Assembly: GCA_018238625.1 (NCBI GenBank)
Contig: JABCSY010000062.1
Span: 1-23,475, forward strand
DNA from: Promethearchaeota archaeon
GTDB taxonomy: Archaea; Asgardarchaeota; Lokiarchaeia; Sigyniarchaeales; SOKP01
Reading direction: 5' to 3'
DNA length: 23,475 nucleotides
Shown here piece after piece: positions 1 to 9,230 of the stretch (position 1 is its first letter; each line of letters begins with the position of its first letter). The translations under genes and the position numbers were made by a program. Under the pieces are notes generated by a model. It did not search any database and was not told where the DNA came from. It saw nothing but the letters and a program-made list of their open reading frames with translations.

Positions 1-20
1 ATGGGAATGATTGCATTCAT
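1..20 (-). CDS. Possible 5' end of a gene running off the window (M-N-A-I-I-P-...)
   Basis: The minus strand reads ATG AAT GCA ATC ATT CCC AT from 20, with TTTTAA about 21-26 nt upstream. MxAIIP resembles the first strand of nucleotidyltransferase folds, but only 6 codons are visible. Confidence 0.3.
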
Positions 21-217
21 ATTATTAACATACCAAGGTCTTAAAACTTAAGTTGTTAAGTTATCATTTTTATTAAAAATATGGAGTGTCTCGAAAATAA
101 GAAATTAATCTTTTTTTTTTTTTCAAATTTACATCTAATTTGACCCTATAATTCAAATTTTCTGGGATAATTTTAAATTATTAAAGGTTTAGTAGATTGA
201 ATATTAATTTGTGCTCA

Positions 218-739
218 TTAAAGTACCATGTTTTGCTTTACTTCACGTACCATGCTTTGTCCTTCTTTATTAATCTGAGAAATTATTTCTCTTAATATCT
301 CGGTAATTTCAATACCTTTTAATTCACTTGAGATATAAAGCATCGATAGTACTTCTCTTGCTAAAGTTGTAAGGTTCTTCATATCGTCAATAGGAATTCT
401 AATTCCTAGTGCTTTAAGATCCTTTTGCGTTTGTTTTTCTTGTTGTCTAATAGCAATTAGAAAGTCATTCTTTCGTCCTTTCCATAATTCTGATACAGTT
501 CTAATAGACAAGATATATCTTTTAGTGGGACTCTTTAGCCCATGAATCTCATTTGCGAACCCTAAAGGTTTAGAGTTCCTTATTGCTTCTAACCCAAAAC
601 TTCTGTTAAATTTATTTGTTTTATCGAGCTTTTCTTTCATTTTCGAAATTTCGGACGTCAATTGTTCAATTTTTAACGACAATTTTTCAAATTTTTCGAG
701 GAATAATTCCCTATCAATAAGATTCTCACAATCGCTCAT
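218..739 (-). CDS. Hypothetical protein: N-terminal coiled coil plus possible PC4/YdbC-like nucleic-acid-binding beta domain
   Basis: 173-aa ORF with heptads at aa 10-45. The segment YILSIRTV...FLIAIRQ...GIRIPIDDMKNL resembles the PC4 pattern (xIR...Gi.l), followed by a helix. The fold is inferred. Confidence 0.55.
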   Translation of the reverse strand: MSDCENLIDRELFLEKFEKLSLKIEQLTSEISKMKEKLDKTNKFNRSFGLEAIRNSKPLGFANEIHGLKSPTKRYILSIRTVSELWKGRKNDFLIAIRQQEKQTQKDLKALGIRIPIDDMKNLTTLAREVLSMLYISSELKGIEITEILREIISQINKEGQSMVREVKQNMVL

Positions 740-887
740 TTAAGAAGCTACCCAAATATTATGTATTATATGATTTGATTTAGTATTTAATAAAATTATT
801 TATTAAAGGATTAATCTCTCTAGCTTTTGTAATTTATAACAATAGAAATTTGAATAAGAAAAAAGAGAAAATTATTTTTTATTATTT

Positions 888-2198
888 TTAAAAAGCGTCG
901 AAATCTTGGTCATCCGATTCTTTTTGCTCTGAAATTTCTTTTGAAAATGGTTCAATTTCTTCTTCAGTTGAATTTAATTCTTCATAGTCTTGTTCTTTTT
1001 CATGTTCTGGAGTAGTCATAGGCTCTTTCAATTTTTCTACAAAATCGACAGGACTTAAAAGATCTTTAACCTCTTTATCTATCTTTTCTTTGAACTCTCT
1101 TTCGTTTAGTACATATTTCTTAATTTCAACAAATCCTAAACTTATTAGTACGATAAGAAAGAACAACAAAACGCCCCAATTTTTTACCAGGTTTACAATT
1201 GAACTGTCTAATACATTAATAGTTACAGCAAAACTGAAACCGCTAAATAAGTTATAAGGATAGTTGTGAATAAATTCGTATGCTACTTTTGAAAACACTA
1301 ACCAAATTAATATTGAATCAATGCCAATTCGTTTTAATTTTAGTTTTTTACTTAAAATTTCGGCTTGAGAACCCATTAAAGTGCTAATCGCATATAATAG
1401 TATGAATAAGTCCAGAAATAGCATGATAATTTGAGTTGCTATCGATGTACGATCTCCACCTATGTTTTTTATGGCAAAAAAGATTTTTACAAGTAGAAAA
1501 AAAGTATAAATGACAACAGAAAGCGAAAACATCCCTAGCCAAGCGTTAAATATTTTTTTAAATATGTATATAACCCCGACTAGGATAAACGCTATAATTA
1601 CAAGCCCAACTAAAATAACTACAAAATTTAAAGTGTCATAAACGTCTTGAGTAAATGTGAAACCAATAAGAGCTCCAATACCTTGTGATTCTGATAAATA
1701 TAGGCCTAACAAAAGTATGGAAAATATTGAACCGCCAACAAATTCAACGCTTCTGTAAAATGAGCTTTGTACGCGTCTTTTAAAACTATCGTCTAATCTT
1801 TTACTTGTAAGATAAGCACCGTATAAGATAAACCACGACGTAAAGAAAATGTAAGATATTATTGAAAATAAGAAGAGTATTACTAATATTGGTATTAATA
1901 CGACCATTAAAGGAAGTGTAAAGATAAATATCAATAATACTTTCCATGCGGCAATTTCCTTCACGTCTTTTTTAGTAAATAGCGAATACAAAAAAGTAAA
2001 CACTAAAAACGTCAAAAATGGCACGTAAATTACTACACCTATTAAATCAAATAAATCTATTTGATTACCAAGAATTTGAATTGAAAATTGAAAAGGTAGC
2101 TGGATAATTGTAATACTCACAAGAAGCCAAATTACCAGAATCAAATATTTCCGATTTTCTTTTAATCCTAATTTTTTTAAATTTTCAATAGTATCCAT
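888..2198 (-). CDS. Polytopic membrane protein of unknown function with an acidic C-terminal tail
   Basis: 436-aa ORF with about 10 hydrophobic segments and an E/D-rich low-complexity tail (EHEKEQDYEELNSTEEE...DDQDFDAF). Confidence 0.8.
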   Translation of the reverse strand: MDTIENLKKLGLKENRKYLILVIWLLVSITIIQLPFQFSIQILGNQIDLFDLIGVVIYVPFLTFLVFTFLYSLFTKKDVKEIAAWKVLLIFIFTLPLMVVLIPILVILFLFSIISYIFFTSWFILYGAYLTSKRLDDSFKRRVQSSFYRSVEFVGGSIFSILLLGLYLSESQGIGALIGFTFTQDVYDTLNFVVILVGLVIIAFILVGVIYIFKKIFNAWLGMFSLSVVIYTFFLLVKIFFAIKNIGGDRTSIATQIIMLFLDLFILLYAISTLMGSQAEILSKKLKLKRIGIDSILIWLVFSKVAYEFIHNYPYNLFSGFSFAVTINVLDSSIVNLVKNWGVLLFFLIVLISLGFVEIKKYVLNEREFKEKIDKEVKDLLSPVDFVEKLKEPMTTPEHEKEQDYEELNSTEEEIEPFSKEISEQKESDDQDFDAF

Positions 2199-2366
2199 AA
2201 AAAAAAGATAGACTTCGAATATTTAAAATTTTTTAATATCATACCTCCGAGAGAATATTAAATACACAAAAATTGATGTTTAGTTTTCTATAAGTCCATT
2301 ACAATAAATTTTTAAAAACATGCTCGATCTAATATTTAAAATTGTTCTAAGTTTAATGTGATTTGT

Positions 2367-2847
2367 TTGATATTGCAAACAGAATTTTGGTTTTTTAATT
2401 GAGTTGCAGAATCTGCGGGAATATTTGTCCTTATCACCGGATTCATTGCTCTAACTTGGCTTGGATTTGAAAGAAAACGAAGAGGATCGTTTTTAAAGAG
2501 AAAAACCGAAGAGGATAAAAAATTTGACATTACTAAATTTTTACGAGTGTTATCCTATCTTGGGTTAATCGTTGGTATCCTCGATGTTTGGGCTGGCGCT
2601 GCAGGTTTAATTTTAGACATCCCACCGAGCTTTAAATTGGATTAACCCTAAATTAGCTTTGATTATAATTTTCATTGTTGTTATGGCAGTAGTTGCACTT
2701 ACAGCAAAATTCTACATAAAAGCGTTGTAATTAATTTCTAAATTTCTCTCTTGGCCACCTGTTGCTTTCATCATAATGTTATTTAGTTTTGTCCAAGGAA
2801 TTCTACTCTGGGGATTTGGTCTAAGTATTTTCATGAATTTACTTTAA
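2367..2847 (+). pseudogene. Degraded membrane-protein gene
   Basis: The + strand reads LILQTEFWFFN*(TGA 2400)VAESAGIFVLITGFIALTWLGFERKRRG...GLILDIPPSF. A frame change near 2635-2641 continues WINPKLALIIIFIVVMAVVALTAKFYIKAL*(TAA 2728)LISKFLSWPPVAFIIMLFSFVQGILLWGFGLSIFMNLL*(2845-2847). A T13 tract follows. Confidence 0.75.
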
Positions 2848-2848
2848 A

Positions 2849-2861
2849 TTTTTTTTTTTTT
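2849..2861 (+). terminator. Oligo-T (T13) archaeal-type terminator
   Basis: The T13 run begins 2 nt after the final stop of the pseudogene. Confidence 0.5.
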
Positions 2862-3095
2862 AATCATCCTTGTGATAATAACTTCTAAACCTTATCAACT
2901 CAAATAGATCGTAGATAAAATGAATTGCCTTTATAAATAATTAATATTTATAGAAAAGTTTTATAAAAGAAAAAGAGATTTACAATATATAAGGTCGTAA
3001 TAATTAAGAAAAAATCTTATCAAAAACTTGAGATCCGAATAGAAAGCTTAAAAAAAGTTATATTTTAAATTTAAATATAGAAAAGGTGGGGAAAA

Positions 3096-3758
3096 GTTAG
3101 CATAGATTGGGAGCGTGCTGAATTGGCACCGCAAAAAAACCAGAAGGTAGAGGGTAGAATCTTATTAGATTTACGCGCAAAAATTAATGAATTAGAAAGA
3201 GACTTAGTTAAGTACAAAGAAGATCTAAGAAACAAAATAGAAGTTTTAAAAGAAACTCAAAATAAATTAAGTGGTAGAGAAAAAAGCCTTGTCAAAATTA
3301 GTGAAAAGTTTTCATCAGCTAAAAAGAATTTAGACGGTGTTTCTGAGGATAAATTAAATGTTGATATAGAATTAACAAGATTAAAGCCAAAATATGACGA
3401 AATTAAAGAAAAAGCGTTAAGAGCAAACGAAAATATTGAAAGATTAGAAAGTGAATTGAGGTTTTCGACAGAAAAAGTAGCCGAGATGGAACAAAAATTA
3501 ATATTCAAAGAAAAAGAGATAAAAAACAATAAAAACGATATGGAAAAAAGAAAAAACGAAATTGATGTCTTAAACGGAAAATTCAAAGAGAATCGAGAAG
3601 AAACAAAGGAATTGATTGATAAAATAAAATCTCTTGAAACTCAGCTTTCAGAAGTTAAAACATCACCTATGATTTTGGAACGAATAAGAGACGTAATGAT
3701 GCATAAAGGCTTTCTTGCCGATAGGGAACTCGATCTTATATTTAAGGAATTTGAGTAA
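3096..3758 (+). CDS. Coiled-coil protein, paralog A (start extended upstream of the TTG at 3123 in the ORF track)
   Basis: Long K/E-rich heptad region. In-frame upstream codons encode V-S-I-D-W-E-R-A-E, which align without gaps to the N-terminus of paralog B. C-terminal motif MMHKGFLADREL. Confidence 0.8.
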   Translation, partial: VSIDWERAELAPQKNQKVEGRILLDLRAKINELERDLVKYKEDLRNKIEVLKETQNKLSGREKSLVKISEKFSSAKKNLDGVSEDKLNVDIELTRLKPKYDEIKEKALRANENIERLESELRFSTEKVAEMEQKLIFKEKEIKNNKNDMEKRKNEIDVLNGKFKENREETKELIDKIKSLETQLSEVKTSPMILERIRDVMMHKGFLADRELDLIFKEFE

Positions 3759-3913
3759 TATAAGGATATTTTATAAATTTTTTATCTTGAAATCTATTTT
3801 TAAACTTGAATATTTACGATTAAAATATTAACTTGAAAAGATTAAATATCTTGTAGCATAAAAATATTAATATAAAAAATACAATAAAAAAAATTCGTAA
3901 TGGTGTGAGAAGT

Positions 3914-4666
3914 ATTTCGGTAGATTGGTCAAAAGCAACCGAGAAACCTGATAAAAAGCAAGCCGTAGAGGGGCGTTTTTTATTAGATCTTAGGTCAAAA
4001 ATTGATGATTTGGAACAAAAACTAAAACAAAAGGAACAAAAAATAGAGAAGTTATCTAAGGAACTAAATGGTACCAAGGAAAAATTATCAGAAAAAGAAA
4101 AAGATTTAACTGAAAAAATTCAAGAATTATCGAAGACTAAAATAGAAATAACCGCTATAAAAGAAGATTTAACCAATTATGAAGCAGAAATTAATAATTT
4201 AAAATCAAACAAATCTAGCTTAGAGCAGAATTTAGAAGCTGATAACGAAAAAATAAGAGATTTCGAAAGCAAATTAGATAATACCTTGAAGAAATTAGAG
4301 GAGTTAGAACCAAAAGTCGGGGGTCTAAAGGAAGACTACGAACAAAAAGAAAGAGAGCTCGAGGGCGTTAAAAAAGATCTACAGCAAACAATTTCAGATA
4401 AATATATTGAGATTGAAAGTTTGAAAAACGAATTGACTGACCAGATTAACACTAAGGAAAGTCAAATAATAGACGCCAAAAATGACCTTGAGGCAAAAAA
4501 CAAAGAAATTGAGGCGATTGAACTTAAAATTAATTCTTTAGAGGATTATATTGAAGAATCAAAAGGGGCGCCCCAAGTTATAGAAGGAATCAAGGAACTT
4601 ATGTCCCACAAAGGCTTTTTGAGTGACAAAGAGTTAGAAGACATCATCGACAAACATCAAGAATAA
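3914..4666 (+). CDS. Coiled-coil protein, paralog B (start either GTG 3905 or ATT 3914)
   Basis: Heptad-rich ORF with N-terminal motif SVDWSKA...VEGRFLLDLRSKI and C-terminal motif MSHKGFLSDKEL, both shared with paralog A. Confidence 0.8.
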   Translation: MSVDWSKATEKPDKKQAVEGRFLLDLRSKIDDLEQKLKQKEQKIEKLSKELNGTKEKLSEKEKDLTEKIQELSKTKIEITAIKEDLTNYEAEINNLKSNKSSLEQNLEADNEKIRDFESKLDNTLKKLEELEPKVGGLKEDYEQKERELEGVKKDLQQTISDKYIEIESLKNELTDQINTKESQIIDAKNDLEAKNKEIEAIELKINSLEDYIEESKGAPQVIEGIKELMSHKGFLSDKELEDIIDKHQE

Positions 4667-4787
4667 AAACTAAGCTCTTATATCTATTAATTTCTCTGGT
4701 AAATAATCTCTATGAAAATTCACTTTCGTAAGAAAGCGTTAAAAAAGTGCTTACTATATCATCAATTCCCGAGGAGATGTCATAAAA

Positions 4788-6071
4788 ATGGTCTACTTAG
4801 TCTTATTACAAACGTTATCGGCAGAAGAATTTTACATCTTATTTTTTAAAATTATCGTATCGTTTTTCTGTGGTTTTCTTATTGGGATCGAGCGCACAAG
4901 AGTAAGCGCGCAATATGGTGCCCGGGACCACATCTTTTTTTCTATGATTTCTACATCTTTAATTATATTACACGACAAATTTCTCCCCGTATCAGAGGGT
5001 TTTACGTTAATTATAATGTTTTTTGGAGGGATGATAGTTTTTCTATTGATCGGAAGCGTTTATAGATTGTTTCGCGAAAACGATCCCGGATATACTACTA
5101 CACTATCAATGATATTAGCTATGGTCGTTGGAACGATATGTTATTACAATGAATCCTTTGCCATTGTCATTTCCGTAATATTTTTAATTATTCTTTCCAC
5201 GAAAAAGCAATTTTATAAAATACGAAAATTAAAAGATGTTGAATGGACAGGAACAGTTGAATTTATAGCAATCGTAGTCTTGCTTTACATTTTGATTCCA
5301 GACAATTTTCTGATTTTTGAAATTAATGTTAAACCAATAGTATTAGTTTTCATTATAATTTTAGCTGTAAAATATTTTAGTTACTTTATACTAAGGAGCA
5401 CAAGTGAGAAAAATCTATACTATATTTCTTTTTTAGGAGGTTTTGCTCATAGTGAAGCTACAACCGTTGAATTAGCTGAAGCTGGCGCGTCATCCTCAGC
5501 TGTTTGGCTAGTAATTCAGACTATGTTAATTAGAATGATAATCGTTTTAATGATTACTCCTACTTTACTATTCTATGCCTTGTTCCCAATTCTAATCACA
5601 TCTTTTATTGGATTAATCGGGTCATTTTTAATATTAAGAAAAAAAGAAACTCAATTAACTTTAGATAAAATCAAAAACCCTCTCTCAATTAAAGGCGCTT
5701 TAATCTTTTCGGGAACATATCTAATTGGTTTAATAATATCGATCGTTTTGAGTTTTTTTGAAATAAATATTTTTGCTTATTATATTATTGTGTTTGTGAT
5801 CGGTTTTCTTTCCGGTGGTGCGTCCTCTCTGTTTGTAGCAACAGCATTTTATAAATCCTTAATTAACGAAGGGAATGCATTAGTGATGTTAAGCATTGGT
5901 TTATCGGCTGCGATAATAAATAAGATCTTCTATTCAACTCGAGCATTGAAGGAAGATAAAAATAAAAAAGTATATGTCATTCATCTCGTCTTTTACATCG
6001 TCATAACTATTTTTCTGTTAATCACGATGACCTTTTTAACGATAATTACATCCAATTTATCAATCTTCTGA
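4788..6071 (+). CDS. MgtC/SapB family membrane protein with C-terminal DUF4010-like domain
   Basis: GFLIGIER...GARDH and PGYTT match the MgtC signature (GxxIGxER...GxRT, GxTT). LGGFAHSEATT and NPLSIKGALIF match DUF4010-type motifs. SD GAGGAG at 4771-4776. Confidence 0.8.
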   Translation: MVYLVLLQTLSAEEFYILFFKIIVSFFCGFLIGIERTRVSAQYGARDHIFFSMISTSLIILHDKFLPVSEGFTLIIMFFGGMIVFLLIGSVYRLFRENDPGYTTTLSMILAMVVGTICYYNESFAIVISVIFLIILSTKKQFYKIRKLKDVEWTGTVEFIAIVVLLYILIPDNFLIFEINVKPIVLVFIIILAVKYFSYFILRSTSEKNLYYISFLGGFAHSEATTVELAEAGASSSAVWLVIQTMLIRMIIVLMITPTLLFYALFPILITSFIGLIGSFLILRKKETQLTLDKIKNPLSIKGALIFSGTYLIGLIISIVLSFFEINIFAYYIIVFVIGFLSGGASSLFVATAFYKSLINEGNALVMLSIGLSAAIINKIFYSTRALKEDKNKKVYVIHLVFYIVITIFLLITMTFLTIITSNLSIF

Positions 6072-6101
6072 AGATAAAGAAAATAATCAAATGATTAGAT
6101 A

Positions 6102-7178
6102 ATGGTTAAACTCAGTTGGGAAAATAAGGCAAATATTTCTGAAAATATTAAGGATTTAAAAATAAGATATTTCAATTATTTTAAACCTGTGGATGTGGGA
6201 ATTGGAGATTTAAAAGGCAATAATTGGAAAAATTTGCTATTTTGGGGGGAAAACCTCAATGTGCTTCATTATTTAACGAATAATTTCTCTGGAAAGATCG
6301 ATTTAATTTATGTTGATCCCCCCTTTTTCTCAGGAACGGATTACAGAATCAAAATCGAGGAAGATGGGAATCAATACGATTCGATTGCATATTTTGATCA
6401 TTGGGGTAAAGATCTTGATTCTTACTTACAAATGCTTCGCGACAGGATTGTTTTATTTAGGGAATTGTTGTCAATAAATGGGTTGCTGTTTATCCACTTA
6501 GATTGGCACGCAAGTCATTACGTTCGAGTGTTGTTAGATGAAATTTTCGGTGCAAACCGATTTGTCAACAGTATAGTTTGGTATTATTACAATAAATATT
6601 CGGCTGGGAAGAAGAGCTTGCCGAGGGCTCACGATGACATCCTAGTTTATTCTAAATCCGCTAACTATACTTTCAATGAGCTCAGAATCCGTCGTAAAAA
6701 ACCAATAAAGCAGCTAAAAAGAGTGATGGTTGATGGCGTTTTAAAAAATGCTAAAGACGAGAAGGGGCACGTTATTTATAGGGTTGTAAAAGATAAAAAA
6801 ATGGACGATGTGTGGAAAATACCATGCATGCAACCTGCTTCTAAGGAGTGGACAGGGTTTCCTACGCAAAAGCACCACGATTTGCTCGAACGAATAATTA
6901 AAATTGGAAGCAACGAAGGCGATCTAGTAGCTGACTTTTTTTGTGGTTCCGGAACAACTTTATTAGTTGCCGATAAATTAAATAGAAGATGGATCGGAAG
7001 CGACATATCCGAATACTCAATTTATCTAACTCGCAAGAGATTACTTAATTATAGAAAAAATATAATTGACCCAAAGATTGAGCCTTTTGAAATTTACGCT
7101 CATTTTGATGAACAAAAAAAGAATTTAATATCATCTGGTTTTTTTGAAAAAGATTTGAAAATAAAAAGAAAAAAATAG
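6102..7178 (+). CDS. Site-specific amino-methylating DNA methyltransferase (m6A/m4C), beta class, Type III Mod-like
   Basis: Motif IV IYVDPPF precedes motif I DFFCGSGTT. Also FPTQK, the GENL motif, and an N-terminal LSWENK similar to the Mod LxWxxK. Confidence 0.92.
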   Translation: MVKLSWENKANISENIKDLKIRYFNYFKPVDVGIGDLKGNNWKNLLFWGENLNVLHYLTNNFSGKIDLIYVDPPFFSGTDYRIKIEEDGNQYDSIAYFDHWGKDLDSYLQMLRDRIVLFRELLSINGLLFIHLDWHASHYVRVLLDEIFGANRFVNSIVWYYYNKYSAGKKSLPRAHDDILVYSKSANYTFNELRIRRKKPIKQLKRVMVDGVLKNAKDEKGHVIYRVVKDKKMDDVWKIPCMQPASKEWTGFPTQKHHDLLERIIKIGSNEGDLVADFFCGSGTTLLVADKLNRRWIGSDISEYSIYLTRKRLLNYRKNIIDPKIEPFEIYAHFDEQKKNLISSGFFEKDLKIKRKK

Positions 7179-7192
7179 AGTTTAATTAATCT

Positions 7193-8620
7193 TTACTTTG
7201 GATAAATTATATTCCATCCTAGATAGTTAGAAAGAGCTTCAAATACTATTTCACCTACTTTATTTAATGAAGAGGCTACGTGGTGAGCAAAACCTTCTTT
7301 ACATAATGTCTTTAAAACATCTTGTAAATTAGGTATTTCTATCACTCCATAACCTCCAAAAGTTTCTAAAGGGTCATCTGTATAATTTCCTTCCACTAAA
7401 AGGGCTTTAATCTCTCCGAAAACATCGTCAGTTTCAATCCTTAATAATGTACACGGTTTACTTTTAATTCTTCCTTGAATAGCTCCAAAACTATGGTCAT
7501 CGCCTTTAAGATCTGAAATAATGGGGTGAATTGTCATCTTGGTTTCTTCAAAGAATGATTTTGGAAGATTACTGCAGTGAAAAAGAACCATTTTATTAGG
7601 ATCGTCGCCGTAATTATTGTTCCAATCTAAAATTGCCGAAGGCGTTTCGGTTGCAACTTGCAAAATATACATACCAACTAAGCCCGCAATATCTACTTCA
7701 CAAGCTGCGGGTACTAAACCTTCACTGAACATGCTCATGACTGCACAGGGAACGATCCCAAAATTGTCCTGAATGCTTGGCCAACATTGAAAAGCAAAAC
7801 CGTCCAATTCGTTTTCCAATACCCAATTCTCGACGACAACTGCTAGTTTTGCTAATTTTAATATGCCGTCTTCTGGAAATGTTGTAGTTGGTGTATAATC
7901 CTTAATGAGTTGAATTTTTTCCTTTACTTTAGGATCGTCATCTGGTAATCTACTAATTTCTCCAAAAATTTCTGATAAATCAATTGGTTCGATCGTAATC
8001 CCGTGTAATTGTAAAATTTTCTCGCTATATCTCACTGTTTCAAAAGCGTTAGGTCTTACGCCTATTTGCCCAAATCTGGCGTTTTTGAGTTTCTTTACGA
8101 TTTTACAGACTCCTTCAAATTTTATTATATCTGCTTTAAAAGCATCAGAGTTAATAGGACATGTATGCGTCTCGGTTAATGTAAATGGAATTCCGTGCTG
8201 ATATAGAACGCTACAAACGGATAGTTTTCCGCAGAATGCGTCTCGTCTAAATTTTCGATTCATTTTGTCGACTTCATCAGATGAAGCTTGAATAAGGATT
8301 GGAACATTTAAATCAGATAGTTTCAGAGTGTTAGCAAAAGCTTTCTCGTCAGAAAAATTAGGTAAGCACAAAATTATACCCGCTATTGAATCTTTATTAT
8401 CTCGAAATAATTTAGCACATTTTTTTGCGTCGGAATAAGATTCTACTACGCCATCTTTTGTATCGCTCTCGCTTAAAATAACGTAACCAAACCCTAATTC
8501 TTTCAATACACTTATAATTTCTATTCGTCCTTCTTTAGCAAGATGGTCTGGGAAAACATCTCTATTACCGACGATAACTCCAAAATGGGTTTTGGATTCT
8601 TTTTTATTTATAAATGACAT
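7193..8620 (-). CDS. L-fucose/L-arabinose isomerase family protein
   Basis: Characteristic motifs RRDAFCGKLS, GVRPNAFETVRYSE, QCW, ACEVD, LFHCSN and GFAHH. Confidence 0.88.
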   Translation of the reverse strand: MSFINKKESKTHFGVIVGNRDVFPDHLAKEGRIEIISVLKELGFGYVILSESDTKDGVVESYSDAKKCAKLFRDNKDSIAGIILCLPNFSDEKAFANTLKLSDLNVPILIQASSDEVDKMNRKFRRDAFCGKLSVCSVLYQHGIPFTLTETHTCPINSDAFKADIIKFEGVCKIVKKLKNARFGQIGVRPNAFETVRYSEKILQLHGITIEPIDLSEIFGEISRLPDDDPKVKEKIQLIKDYTPTTTFPEDGILKLAKLAVVVENWVLENELDGFAFQCWPSIQDNFGIVPCAVMSMFSEGLVPAACEVDIAGLVGMYILQVATETPSAILDWNNNYGDDPNKMVLFHCSNLPKSFFEETKMTIHPIISDLKGDDHSFGAIQGRIKSKPCTLLRIETDDVFGEIKALLVEGNYTDDPLETFGGYGVIEIPNLQDVLKTLCKEGFAHHVASSLNKVGEIVFEALSNYLGWNIIYPK

Positions 8621-8774
8621 AGAATAAAATTATTGTAATTAAATTATTTAGATAAATATTTTTGTAAATATATTTTTTTTTATAAAATCTTTTGACGAGT
8701 ATATTTTTTCAGAAAATTTTCTTTACATTAAATAAGGAGTATTTGAATGTAGGAACTCAAATTGAATTATCTCT

Positions 8775-9194
8775 TTATAATTTTAAATAACCATTTAAAA
8801 ATTCTTGGAACTTAGTTTTAACTTCTATAGAAATATGATGTTCCATTTCACACGACAACTCCTTAATGAGTTTGATATCTTTAATTTTTAAAACTTTTTT
8901 GAAAAAGATTTCCAATATAGCTTTTGTTTCACTTAAATGCTGAGCAATTAGTTTTCCTTCTTTAGTTAGTCTAATTGGACTTCTCGGTTTCCATACTATT
9001 AAATTATTCTCTTTTAGTTTATATAAAATTCCACTTACGCTTGCTGGATTAACATTTAATTTTTCTGCAATTTCTTTGTTATTAACCCACGCTCCTTTTT
9101 TAGTGAGAGAAATTGCATAGATTTCGCATAGATACCTCTGGTATGTTTCTGGTACATCATATATCGAGAGGTTAGCTTTATTCTTGTTGTTCAT
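8775..9194 (-). CDS. DtxR/MntR-family transcriptional regulator (wHTH plus dimerisation domain, no FeoA/SH3 domain)
   Basis: HTH VNNKEIAEKLNVNPASVSGILYKL, wing IRLTKEGK, and SCEMEHH in the dimerisation domain. Confidence 0.88.
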   Translation of the reverse strand: MNNKNKANLSIYDVPETYQRYLCEIYAISLTKKGAWVNNKEIAEKLNVNPASVSGILYKLKENNLIVWKPRSPIRLTKEGKLIAQHLSETKAILEIFFKKVLKIKDIKLIKELSCEMEHHISIEVKTKFQEFLNGYLKL

Positions 9195-9218
9195 AATAAT
9201 AAGTTTTTTTTTAAAAAT

Positions 9219-9228
9219 AAAAAAAAAA
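9219..9228 (-). terminator. Oligo-T (T10 on minus strand) terminator of the feoAB operon
   Basis: A10 run on the + strand directly beyond the stop of ORF 9231..9713. Confidence 0.45.
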
Positions 9229-9230
9229 GT

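Noticed and set aside
786-807. AT-only inverted repeat TTTAATAAA-N4-TTTATTAAA
   Set aside because: Expected by chance in a very AT-rich intergenic region and overlaps likely TATA elements.
2400-2402. In-frame TGA as possible selenocysteine or readthrough
   Set aside because: The same gene also has a TAA and a frameshift, the context suits Trp, and no SECIS-like element was seen.
2336-2530. 64-aa minus-strand ORF
   Set aside because: Antisense shadow of the + strand pseudogene.
3783-3854. Recurrent CTTGA motif in the intergenic region
   Set aside because: Short, irregularly spaced and plausible by chance. Not a CRISPR or iteron array.
3257-4077. Minus-strand ORFs 3257..3586 and 3820..4077
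   Set aside because: F/S/L-rich antisense shadows of the K/E-rich coiled-coil genes.
3123-4666. SMC / chromosome partition protein annotation
   Set aside because: No Walker A/B, signature motif or hinge. Any similarity would be generic coiled-coil composition.
4777-4785. ATG-TCA-TAA mini-ORF upstream of the MgtC-family gene
   Set aside because: It abuts the SD with no spacer, so initiation there is unlikely.
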